NCBI GenBank assembly: GCA_963845565.1
Contig: CAWJSJ010000002.1
Location: forward strand, 224,001 to 288,000
Source of the DNA: an uncultured Methylomirabilota bacterium
Lineage (GTDB): Bacteria > Methylomirabilota > Methylomirabilia > Methylomirabilales > 2-02-FULL-66-22
Direction: 5' to 3'
Length of the DNA: 64,000 nucleotides
Shown piece after piece: positions 40,299 through 49,228 of this stretch. Each line of letters begins with the position of its first letter. Within the stretch, counting starts at the first letter, position 1. The translations under genes and the position numbers were made by a program. Below the pieces are notes generated by a model. That model made no database searches and had not been told where the DNA came from. It was given only the letters and a program-made list of their open reading frames with translations.

Positions 40299-40423
40299 CA
40301 GGCCGCTCAAAACGGTCCAGATGCAAGGCGACGCGCAAAGGGCCGAGTGAGGCGTACTCCACGTACGCCGCAGCGAGCGCCCGAGCAAGCCAACGCAGCA
40401 GATGGGCCGTTTTCAGCGGCCTG
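40299..40423 (-). repeat. Palindromic repeat family 1, copy D
   Basis: Reverse orientation; supplies the last codons and stop of the DegT gene. Confidence 0.9.
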
Positions 40424-41648
40424 CCAGGTGGTACGCCACCTTCCCGATCCCGTGCGCCATCTCCGCAATATCCGTCTCGGTGTAGTGCTCGTAGATGTTC
40501 ATGGTGATCCAGCGATCGAAGGCCGCCTCGGCGACGGGGCAGTCGCCGCGCCGGTAGGTCCGACCCACCAGGGGCCATTCGGACCCGGGGAAGGCCGACC
40601 GGTTCTGGAAGATGCGGTACAGGTACACGGGCATGCCGCCCGTGATCAAGTGCGCCTTGCTCGGGATCCCCTCGGCGTTCAGCGCGTCCGCAAACTCCTG
40701 CGTGGTGCAGCGGAGCACCCGCGGGTCCAGTTTGAACAGATACAGGAAATAGCCGTGCCGGCAACCCGCCGGCGTCGCCTGCGGCGACACGCCGGGAAAA
40801 CCTGCGAGGTGATTGTCCAGTTGCACGCCGAGCCGATTCCGCCCCGCGACGATGGACTCGACGTTCTCCACTTGGGCCAAGGCCACCGCCCCCTGCAGTT
40901 CGGTCATCTGGTAGTTGGGGGCCAGGAAGAAGGGGTTCCGGATCCCTTCGTCCCGCTGGTAGCACTTGTCCAGGAAGATCGAGGCGTGATACCGCAGCCG
41001 ATCGTCGTTGGTGAGGATCATCCCCCCCGACCCGCAGGTGATGTGCTTGAAGTGGTTCAGTGAGAAGGAGTTGATGGCGCCCATGGTCCCGCCCAGCTTG
41101 CCGTGGTAGTAGCAGCAATAGGCTTGCGCGCAGTCCTCCACGATGGGGATACCCGTTTCCCGGCCCAGGGCCAAGAAGCCATCCATGTCCGCCGCCAGGC
41201 CGCTGTGGTGGACGACGACGATGGCCTTCGTCTTGTCGGTGAGCCGCTGCCGGACCGTGGCCGGGGTCATGTTGAGCGTATCCGGGTCGATGTCCGCGAA
41301 GACGGGCACCAGGCCCTGGTAGAGAATACCCGTCAGCGATCCCATGTCGGTGATCGCCGAGGTGATCACCTCGCTGCCGACCGGCAACTCGAGCGCCGCC
41401 ACGGCCATGTGCACCGCCGCCGTCCCGCTGCTGCACGCAATGCAGTGCTTCATCCCGTACATCTCCGCGAACCGCTTCTCGAGGGCGCGCACCTTGGTGC
41501 CCATGTAGAAGAAGAGCATGTCGGAATCGATGACCTCGTTGAGGTACTTCTTCTCCAGATCCCCGTGGCGCTTGCCCTTCGGGAACGGCGCGCGCTTGGC
41601 TTTCGGCCCGCCATGCATCGCCAGTGTCTCGGAAACCTCGAAGCTCAT
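40413..41648 (-). CDS. DegT/DnrJ/EryC1/StrS PLP aminotransferase
   Basis: SSGTAA, EDCAQA, SLNHFKHITCGSGG, NYQMTELQ. Confidence 0.92.
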   Translation of the reverse strand: MSFEVSETLAMHGGPKAKRAPFPKGKRHGDLEKKYLNEVIDSDMLFFYMGTKVRALEKRFAEMYGMKHCIACSSGTAAVHMAVAALELPVGSEVITSAITDMGSLTGILYQGLVPVFADIDPDTLNMTPATVRQRLTDKTKAIVVVHHSGLAADMDGFLALGRETGIPIVEDCAQAYCCYYHGKLGGTMGAINSFSLNHFKHITCGSGGMILTNDDRLRYHASIFLDKCYQRDEGIRNPFFLAPNYQMTELQGAVALAQVENVESIVAGRNRLGVQLDNHLAGFPGVSPQATPAGCRHGYFLYLFKLDPRVLRCTTQEFADALNAEGIPSKAHLITGGMPVYLYRIFQNRSAFPGSEWPLVGRTYRRGDCPVAEAAFDRWITMNIYEHYTETDIAEMAHGIGKVAYHLAGR

Positions 41649-41789
41649 GACGTCCCCCTATCCGTGATGGCGAAACTCGCTCCCGCAGTGCCTGCCTGAC
41701 CGTGGCGGCCATCATATCACCTTCCTGCCGTCATCTTCAACGCAGGCGACCGTCCGCCCCGGCGGGCGAGTCGACGAGTGGGTTTCGTC

Positions 41790-41817
41790 TTGACACCGAC
41801 AGCGGTGATGATAGGTT
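41790..41817 (+). promoter_or_regulatory. Putative sigma70 promoter of the SDR gene
   Basis: TTGACA-N16-TAGGTT with TGn extension. Confidence 0.5.
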
Positions 41818-41883
41818 TCCTGTCGGCCGGGGGTTCGGGGACCCACGGCCCGGGCTCATTCCCCCTCGCGATAGGAGACAACC

Positions 41884-42645
41884 ATGAAATCGCTCGAAGG
41901 AAAAGTTTCATTGGTGACTGGGGCAGCCGTCGGGATCGGTCGCGCCATCGCCGTCGCCTACGGCCGGGAAGGCGCCAAGGTCGTCGTGAACTACTCCAAG
42001 TCCCGGCACGAGGCCGAGGAGACGGCCCGACTCGTCGCACAGGCAGGCGGCGAGGCGACGCTGATCCAGGCGGACGTCGCCCAGGACCGGCAGGTCCGGG
42101 CGATGGTCGCCCAGACGCTGGAGAAGCTCGGTCGCCTCGACATCCTGGTGAACAACGCCGGGATCACGGCCTTCGTGGACTTCCCCGATCTGGAGGGGCT
42201 CACCGATGACGTCTGGGATCGCCTGTACCAGGTCAACGTCAAGGGGACCTTCTTCTGCTGCCGCGCTGCGACGGCGCCGATGAAGAAGCAGGGGCACGGC
42301 CGCATCATCAATCTGGCCTCGGTGGCCGGCCTCTGGCCCCAGGGCAGCTCCATCGCGTACTGCTGTTCCAAGGCGGCCGTGATCCAGCTCAGCAAGTGCC
42401 TGGCCCGGACCCTTGGCCCCGAGATCCAGGTGAACGTCATCGCGCCGGGCTTTATCGCCGAAACGCGCTGGAACGTGGGGCGCCCCAATCTGGAACCCAC
42501 CATCGCCAAGGCGGCCCAGGTGGCCCCGCTCAAGCGGGTCGGAACGGCTGAAGATATCGCCGACGCGGCGCTGTTCCTGGCAACCCGCGGCGACTTCATG
42601 ACGGGAGACGTGATGGTCGTGGACGGCGGCCGGTTGGTCGCATAA
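41884..42645 (+). CDS. Short-chain dehydrogenase/reductase
   Basis: TGAAVGIG, NNAG, YCCSK. Confidence 0.93.
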   Translation: MKSLEGKVSLVTGAAVGIGRAIAVAYGREGAKVVVNYSKSRHEAEETARLVAQAGGEATLIQADVAQDRQVRAMVAQTLEKLGRLDILVNNAGITAFVDFPDLEGLTDDVWDRLYQVNVKGTFFCCRAATAPMKKQGHGRIINLASVAGLWPQGSSIAYCCSKAAVIQLSKCLARTLGPEIQVNVIAPGFIAETRWNVGRPNLEPTIAKAAQVAPLKRVGTAEDIADAALFLATRGDFMTGDVMVVDGGRLVA

Positions 42646-42892
42646 GTCTCGTGCGGCGCGTCTTGCCGCCGGCGGAGGGGTGTCCTGCGAGGCGTCCGCG
42701 GGTGCGGATGTCGGGCTCCTCTTCTCTTTGAGACAACTGGCATTCTGATCTCGCATCGGAGACCCTGGAATGGTAACGTATCGTCCGCAAGGAATCCTGT
42801 AGGCATAGCGATGGCCTTCGCGTCCGGCCCCCGTTCCGATTTCGTTCAGCGCGCGTGACCCCCTTTCCGAGTCCACTGGGAGGACTGTGCTC

Positions 42893-45096
42893 ATGGAACC
42901 GATCGCGGAGCAGCAGGGTCAAGACGTCCTGCGCACCTTGCCGGGAGACGACGTCCGGCAGATCCTGTGGCGGTTTGCCGACCGGTACGACCTGCAGATG
43001 CTGGTCCAATCCTCGCGAGCCGTGGCCCGCGGCCCGGTGGCCCGGCTGGTGGCGGAGGGAGCACGAAACTCCCACGAATGGACCGACCAGAAGGCCCAGC
43101 TCCTGAAGGCCTTCGACGAGTCCGGGATCACGGCGCTCTTCATGGATCCGGCGCAGGGAGGGTTTGTCGAGGGTCCCAAGAATCTGGCGATGGCGCTGAT
43201 CGCCTTCGAGCTGTCCTGGGTGGACGCGGGCGCCGCCACCTGCAGTCTGGCGGGGAATTTGGGCCTCGCCCCCATCCACGAGCGCGGCACGCCGGAGCAA
43301 CGGGACACGTACATGCGGCACGCCGTCCCACCCCAGCCCGGCGAGGATCGCGAGATCTGGCGCGGCGCCTTCAGCCTCACCGAACCCCTGCCCTACGTCG
43401 GCGTCGAGACGGGCCTGCTGGGGGGCAAGGTTCGCGTGGCCGAATGGGAGGACGGGAAGGAGCCGATGCTCCAGGTGGACAAGCGCGGGCGGTTCATCAC
43501 CAACATGGGTTTCGCCAACTTCGTGACCGCCGCCGTGGACTCTGCCGACCCGCGGATCAAGGGCAGTTGCATGGTGATCTTGGAGCAGACCGACGCCGGG
43601 GTGTTCGACCGGGGGGCGCCCACCAAGAAGTTGGTCCACCAGCTCTCCTCGACGTGCGACCCGGTCTTCAGCCTGCGCGTGCCCGCCAGCCGGATCATCG
43701 GTGGGTACACCGTGAAGGACGGCGTGATCGTCCCCCGCTACAACCACGGCGACATCATCGAGGCGGTCTTCCGTCGCACGCGCGTGACCGTCGGACTGAT
43801 GACGGCGGCCAAGCTTCTCTCCGCGGTGGAGCCGGTGATCCGCTACCAGCGCGGCCGCTTCCGGGGAGGCGAGAGTATCGCCCCGGGCTCCCCGCGGTAC
43901 GAGCTCGGTCTGCAGCAGAAGGAAGACGCCCTGCACCGGTTGGTGGATATCTGGGCCACGGGAGAGGCCGCGGCCTCGCTCGGTTTTGCGGCGGCGCGCC
44001 TGTTCGACGAGCTGGACCCGCTGGAACGCCGGAAGGACGAGCTCTTCGCCGCACAGGGGATCAGCGGCGGGACCGCCCAGCTTCGCGCCTTTCGCCGGGT
44101 GCAGAAAGACGCCCTGGAATTCCTCGCCCTCGACGGAAAACCCCCGGCTGCGCGGGATGTCCAGCGGCATCAAGCGCTCCAGGGCGACATCTTGGCGCAG
44201 TTCCTTATCCAGGACGCCCTGGCGAGCGTGCTCTGTCCTGCCTGTAAGCTGTGGAACACCGGCCACGGCGCGAACATGATGCGGGAGGCGGTCAGCCTGA
44301 TGGGCGGGTACGGCATCACGGAAGACTGCCCGGGCTTCCTGGGTCACAAATGGATGGACGCCCAGCTGGAGGCGACCTACGAGGGCCCCGAGGCCGTCCA
44401 GCGTCGCCAGCTCTCCGTGACCATGGCGAGCGAGCTGTTTCTGGCCCAGTTCGAGGGCTGGATCGCCGAGATGCGCGGCATCGCCTCCCGACGACCCGGA
44501 ACCGGCGCCTGTACGCTCGCCACGGCCATGCAGCTCTGGCTCTGGACGCTGCATCACCTCCAGGCGGCCACCGACGCCGACGGCGGCAAGCTCTATCACG
44601 GGAATCGCCAGGGGGTGACGTTCCCGCTGGCCGACGCGCTCTGCTGGCTGCTGGCCAGTCGGTGCCAGATCCTCGACCTCCTGGAGCTGGAAGCCAAGGG
44701 GCCGGGGAGCGCGGTCCCGGCCGAGGGGCTGCCAGGCGTCGTGGGCTTCCTGACCGATCTGTGCCACGTCCACGCCGCTCGGGCCGCCGGCGAGGTGGGC
44801 CGCGTCTGCGCCGAACTCGTGTACGGTTACAATCGCCACGCGGCGTGGGACGGCGCCGCCGGGTGCGGACCGGACGCCTGCGACCCGCTGGCGACCCTTG
44901 GTGTCGATGCCTCGGGGGGACGATGCCGGCCGGCCCCAAGGCCGGCCCGTGCGTCCGGTTCGACGGCATGGAAGCCTTTGTCCGGCTGCGGCTGAAGTTG
45001 GACGGGTGCCTCACCGGTGTGCGTCTGGCCAAGGATCGGGCGGCGGCGGCGCTCACCAAGGTCATGATTCCCGAGGCGCTGGACTATCCGGCGTGA
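42893..45096 (+). CDS. Long acyl-CoA dehydrogenase family protein (frameshift in G-run near 44915)
   Basis: AFSLTEP, RFITN, MGGYG, TYEGPEAVQ; C-terminus ...PEALDYPA in the adjacent frame. Confidence 0.88.
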
Positions 45097-45111
45097 AGCA
45101 GGGCGGATCAG

Positions 45112-45236
45112 TAGGCTGCTCAAAAAGGCCCATCTGCGGCGTTGGCCGGCCTTGGCACTCGCTGCGGCGTACCTCCAGTACGCCTCGCTCGGCCTTCGGC
45201 CCGCCGCCTTGCATCTGGGCCTTTTTGAGCAGCCTG
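45112..45236 (+). repeat. Palindromic repeat family 1, copy E
   Basis: AGGCTGCTCAAAAAGGCCCA...TGGGCCTTTTTGAGCAGCCT, core GGCGTAC-CTCCA-GTACGCC. Confidence 0.9.
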
Positions 45237-45262
45237 GGCGAAAACGGGTTTCAGTATCCTGT

Positions 45263-45304
45263 TAGCCGTTACGAAATAACCAGTTGTTCGTTGACAACGG
45301 CTCA
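45263..45304 (-). repeat. Mini-repeat family 2, copy c
   Basis: Reverse complement TGAGCCGTTGTCAAC...GGTTATTTCGTAACGGCT carries both family ends. Confidence 0.8.
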
Positions 45305-45349
45305 CGGCACGATGTGGTCGACCGACGTGATCGATATGCGAGTTGCGAG

Positions 45350-47215
45350 ATGACTGACACGGCGGCCTCCGCGGCCGAGCGCCAGGCGATGGATGTGGAT
45401 ATCGTCTGCGTGGGATTTGGGCCGGCCACCGGCGGATTCCTCACAAGGCTGGCTGCCGGGCTCACGAATCCGGACGGCACGCCGGCCGTCGAGAGCCGTG
45501 CGATGCCGGGGATGCCGCCCCAGGTGATCTGCTACGAGCGGGCGGACGACATCGCCTTCGGCGTCTCCGGCATCGTGACGGGCGCCCGCGGGATCCGTGC
45601 AACCTTCCCGAATCTCAACCCGTCCGAGATCCCGATGGCCGCGCCGGTGCGCGAAGAGCGCGTCGTCTATCTGCTCGATCCCGTCGGGGCCAGCCGGCGC
45701 TCGGCTGTGCTGCGGCTCGCCGACCGCGTGATCCGTCTGCTGAAGCGTTTCCTTCCCGTCGATAGCGATGCGCTGCGCCTCCCCTACATCCCCCCCTTCC
45801 TGCGCAAGGACGGCGGCCTGCTGCTCTCCATGGGCCAGTTCACCCAATGGGTGGGCGCCCAGGTGATGGGAACAGGCCTGGTGCAGATCTGGCCGGGCAC
45901 ACCGGTGGCTCGGCCGCTGATCGAGGACGGCCGCGTGGCCGGCGTCCGGCTCCTGGACCAGGGCACCGACCGCGCCGGGCGCCCCGACGCGGGCTTCCTG
46001 CCCGGCATGGATGTGCGCGCCTCGCTCACCGTCGTCGGGGATGGGCCGGTTGGGCCGGTCGGCCGGCAGCTCGACGAGCATTTCGGGCTCCCGGCGGGCC
46101 ACCACCGGCGCGAGTGGGCCGTCGGGATGAAGATGGTGGTCGAGTTGCCCGAAGGTTGCCTCCTCGAGCCGGGAACCGTCGTCCACACCTTCGGCTACCC
46201 CGAACCCGAGATCTTCGGCTTTCTCTACGTGTATCCGGACCGGCTTGCCTCGCTCGGCATCTTCGTCCCGTCCTGGCTTGACAGCCCGGTCCGAACGGCG
46301 TATCGATACCTCCAGCATTGGATGCTCCACCCCTACCTGTGGCGACACCTCCGGGGGGCGAGACTCCGCTCCTGGGGCGCCAAGACGCTCCAGGAGTCCG
46401 GTCGGCGGGGTGAGCCGCACCTGGCGGGGCACGGCTACATCCGGATCGGCGAGGGCTCGGGCAGCACCAACGTCCTGACCGGCTCCGGCGTGGACGAGGC
46501 GTGGACGACGGGCGTGCTGGCGGCCGATGGTGTGCTGGAGTTGTTGCGGGCCGGCCAGCCGTTCACCCAGAAGAACCTCGAGCGGGCCTACGTCGCGCGG
46601 CGCCGCGTGAGCTGGGTCGAGGCGGAGGGGCGCGTCGCCGAACGCGCGCGGGACGGGTTCCTGCGCGGCGTCGTGTCGGGCCTTTTGGGGATGGCCCTGG
46701 CCGGTGTCACGGGCGGGCGGTTGGCCCTCACCGGTCCGTCACTGCCTCCCGCCCGGCGGATCCCGCCCTTGGACGCGTTCTACGCCGGGCGGATCCCGGC
46801 GGCCGAGATCGTCCGGATTCGCGAGGACTGCGCGAAACGCGCCGTCTCGGTCCACGACGCACTGATGGAGCGCGCCGGGTGGCCCGCCATACCCTACGAT
46901 GGGCAGCTTCTGGTCACGCATCAGGACGCCTTGCTCATGGGCGGGAAGGTTCAGGCGCCGGCAGGGTATGCGGACCACGTCCTGTTCTTGTACCCGAACC
47001 TGTGCGAGACGTGCGGGAGCAAGGTCTGCATCGAAATGTGCTCGGGGCAGGCCATCGGCCAGGGCGACGGCGGCGTCCCGGCCTTTGATCGCGAGAAATG
47101 CGTCCACTGCGGCGCCTGCCTGTGGAACTGCGCCGCGCCGCATCCCGAGGACCCGGAGCGCACCAACATCGAGTTTCGGACCGGGACGGGCGGTCTGCAT
47201 TCGGCGGAGAACTGA
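45350..47215 (+). CDS. ETF-quinone oxidoreductase / FixC-FixX fusion
   Basis: VGFGPA FAD motif, GMKMVV, WGAKTLQE, C-terminal CETC...C and CVHCGAC. Confidence 0.85.
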   Translation: MTDTAASAAERQAMDVDIVCVGFGPATGGFLTRLAAGLTNPDGTPAVESRAMPGMPPQVICYERADDIAFGVSGIVTGARGIRATFPNLNPSEIPMAAPVREERVVYLLDPVGASRRSAVLRLADRVIRLLKRFLPVDSDALRLPYIPPFLRKDGGLLLSMGQFTQWVGAQVMGTGLVQIWPGTPVARPLIEDGRVAGVRLLDQGTDRAGRPDAGFLPGMDVRASLTVVGDGPVGPVGRQLDEHFGLPAGHHRREWAVGMKMVVELPEGCLLEPGTVVHTFGYPEPEIFGFLYVYPDRLASLGIFVPSWLDSPVRTAYRYLQHWMLHPYLWRHLRGARLRSWGAKTLQESGRRGEPHLAGHGYIRIGEGSGSTNVLTGSGVDEAWTTGVLAADGVLELLRAGQPFTQKNLERAYVARRRVSWVEAEGRVAERARDGFLRGVVSGLLGMALAGVTGGRLALTGPSLPPARRIPPLDAFYAGRIPAAEIVRIREDCAKRAVSVHDALMERAGWPAIPYDGQLLVTHQDALLMGGKVQAPAGYADHVLFLYPNLCETCGSKVCIEMCSGQAIGQGDGGVPAFDREKCVHCGACLWNCAAPHPEDPERTNIEFRTGTGGLHSAEN

Positions 47216-47220
47216 GCCAC

Positions 47221-47292
47221 CGGTTCGACCGTTCGGCAGTTCGGCGGTTCGACGGTTCCCGAACAGCCGAACCGCAGTACCGTCGAACCGTA
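47221..47292. repeat. Octamer-repeat hairpin
   Basis: Five CGGTTCGR-like units followed by four reverse-complement units. Confidence 0.75.
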
Positions 47293-47317
47293 TACACTCA
47301 CACGGAGCGAGGTGCAC

Positions 47318-48130
47318 ATGAGTGCGTTGTTCCACATCGTCGTGTGCGGCGGGATCGTTCCGGATCCCTTGCAGACTCTGGAGCCCGTCGGAAGTCCGAC
47401 CGGCCCAAGTCTGAAGAACGAGCTGATGCTCCCTGCGGTATTGGACCCGTGGGCCGCCCACGCCCTCTACGAGGCGGCCCATCTGGCCAAGGCGGCGCCG
47501 GGGAGCAAGGTGTGGCTGGTCAGCCTTGGCCCCAAGGCCAAACTCCAGCAGGTGATGATGACCATCGCCCAGAAGGTCCCCTTCGAGCTCGTGCCGCTGG
47601 ATGGACCGGGCGGCGGCTTCACCGAGTCGGCGGAGGTCGGTGCCGTCCTGGCCGACGCCATCCAGGCCATCCCGGGCCTGGACCGGTCCCGCCTCTTGGT
47701 GTTCGGCGGGTGGGAATCGGCCTCCCGGGGCGCCGGGAGCACCCTGCAGCAGGTCGGCGAGCGCTTGGGGATCGTGGATCAGTTCCAGGGCGTGGACTAT
47801 CTCGGCGTCGGACCCGACGGTGTTCTCCAGATCCTGGAGCGGGTGGAGGGCGGGAAACACCAGGCCTCGACGTGCGCCGGGCCGCCGGCCCTGCTGGGTT
47901 GGGCCACCGGGAGTCTTCCCGAGCCCCCCAACAATCCGCAAATCGGCATGGTCAACATGCGGACCGTCATGCCGGCGCTGCAGCGGGCCAAACCGGCCAA
48001 GGTCGGCATCGAGGCCGCCGGCTTCTTGCGGGTGGCGCTGCCCGCCCAGCGACGCGAGACGCGGATCGTGAAGGACCTCCCCGTCGACGACATCGCGCAG
48101 GAGATCGTGGACTGGATCGGAACGAAGTAA
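47318..48130 (+). CDS. etfB: Electron transfer flavoprotein beta subunit (divergent)
   Basis: IVVC..IVPD, A.LY EA, VSLGP, ERVEGG, PP; operon context. Confidence 0.8.
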   Translation: MSALFHIVVCGGIVPDPLQTLEPVGSPTGPSLKNELMLPAVLDPWAAHALYEAAHLAKAAPGSKVWLVSLGPKAKLQQVMMTIAQKVPFELVPLDGPGGGFTESAEVGAVLADAIQAIPGLDRSRLLVFGGWESASRGAGSTLQQVGERLGIVDQFQGVDYLGVGPDGVLQILERVEGGKHQASTCAGPPALLGWATGSLPEPPNNPQIGMVNMRTVMPALQRAKPAKVGIEAAGFLRVALPAQRRETRIVKDLPVDDIAQEIVDWIGTK

Positions 48131-48161
48131 GCCGTTGTCAAAGAATTTCGTAACGGCTCCC
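48128..48161 (+). repeat. Mini-repeat family 2, copy d (minimal)
   Basis: TAA-GCCGTTGTCAAAGAATTTCGTAACGGCTCC: left and right ends fused. Confidence 0.8.
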
Positions 48162-48184
48162 AAGACGGAGGTCGAGAGCACGCC

Positions 48185-49228
48185 ATGGAGACCATCCTGG
48201 TTCTGGCCCATACGGAGATGGACGGATCGCTCGGCCGGCCGGCCCGTGAGGCCGTGACCGGCGCCCGGTCGCTGCAGTCCCGGCTGGACGGGTCGATTCT
48301 GATCGTCGGACTGGTTGGAGCGGACGTGAAAGCGGCCGCCGACGCGGCCGCGGGCTGCGGCGCCGACCGGTTCCTGGGGGTCTCCGGGGCGGCCTTTGCG
48401 CAGTCCCGCTATGCGACCGACGCCCTCGCCGCGGAGGCCCTCTGCCGTGCGGCCGGCGCGACGCTGATCCTGGCGCCGGGCACCTCGCGCTGGTGCCGGA
48501 CGCTCCCCGGCGTGGCCCACCGCGTGGGCGGCCGCACGGATACGCACGCCACGGACCTCTCGGTCGCGGACGACGCCGTCTCCATCGTTCGGTGGTATTA
48601 TCGCCAGCGGATGGAGGCCACCTTCCGGCGGACGCAGCGCCCCTGGGTCATCCTGGTGGACCCGGGGTGCCTCTCGCCGTGGGACGGCGCCGCCGGGACC
48701 GCTTCGCTCCACGCCGTGCCGGTGGAGATTCCGGCCGCATGCCTCCGCACGGCGGTCACCGGGCTGCAAGCCCCCGCCGCGGATGCGCAGACGATCCGGC
48801 CGGACGCGGATCTGCTCTTCGTGGCCGGCGCCGGCTGGACAAAGACGCAGCCCGACGGCAAGGCCCACACCGCCGATGCTGCAAAGCTGATCTTGGGGTT
48901 TCTGCGAAAGAGCCAGGCCTCTCTGGGGGGAAGCAAGTCGCTGGTGGATCTGTCCGGCGAGGGGCAGGCGGTGCTGCCCTTCATGACGCACCTGAACCAG
49001 ATCGGTCAGACCGGCGCCACGCCGAGACATCCCAAGGGGCTGGCGACGTGCTGCCATGGGGAAGAGCCGCACGCCGTGGGATGGCGGTTCATCAGCGAGC
49101 GGCGGGCGGTGAATCTGGATCCGAACTGCGGCTGGGCCCGTGGGAAGGCGGACGTTCTCTACGTCGCCGACGCCTTCGCCGTGATGGCGAAGGTCAATGC
49201 CCTGCTCGCCGAGACGACACCTGCGTAG
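48185..49228 (+). CDS. etfA: Electron transfer flavoprotein alpha subunit (divergent)
   Basis: ILVLAH, VAGAG, GGSKSLVD, QIGQTG, AVNLDP, AD..VAD. Confidence 0.82.
   Translation: METILVLAHTEMDGSLGRPAREAVTGARSLQSRLDGSILIVGLVGADVKAAADAAAGCGADRFLGVSGAAFAQSRYATDALAAEALCRAAGATLILAPGTSRWCRTLPGVAHRVGGRTDTHATDLSVADDAVSIVRWYYRQRMEATFRRTQRPWVILVDPGCLSPWDGAAGTASLHAVPVEIPAACLRTAVTGLQAPAADAQTIRPDADLLFVAGAGWTKTQPDGKAHTADAAKLILGFLRKSQASLGGSKSLVDLSGEGQAVLPFMTHLNQIGQTGATPRHPKGLATCCHGEEPHAVGWRFISERRAVNLDPNCGWARGKADVLYVADAFAVMAKVNALLAETTPA

Noticed and set aside
42596..49072. Very long antisense ORFs (747 aa, 777 aa and similar elsewhere)
   Set aside because: Shadow ORFs expected from high-GC codon bias opposite well-supported genes; no motifs.
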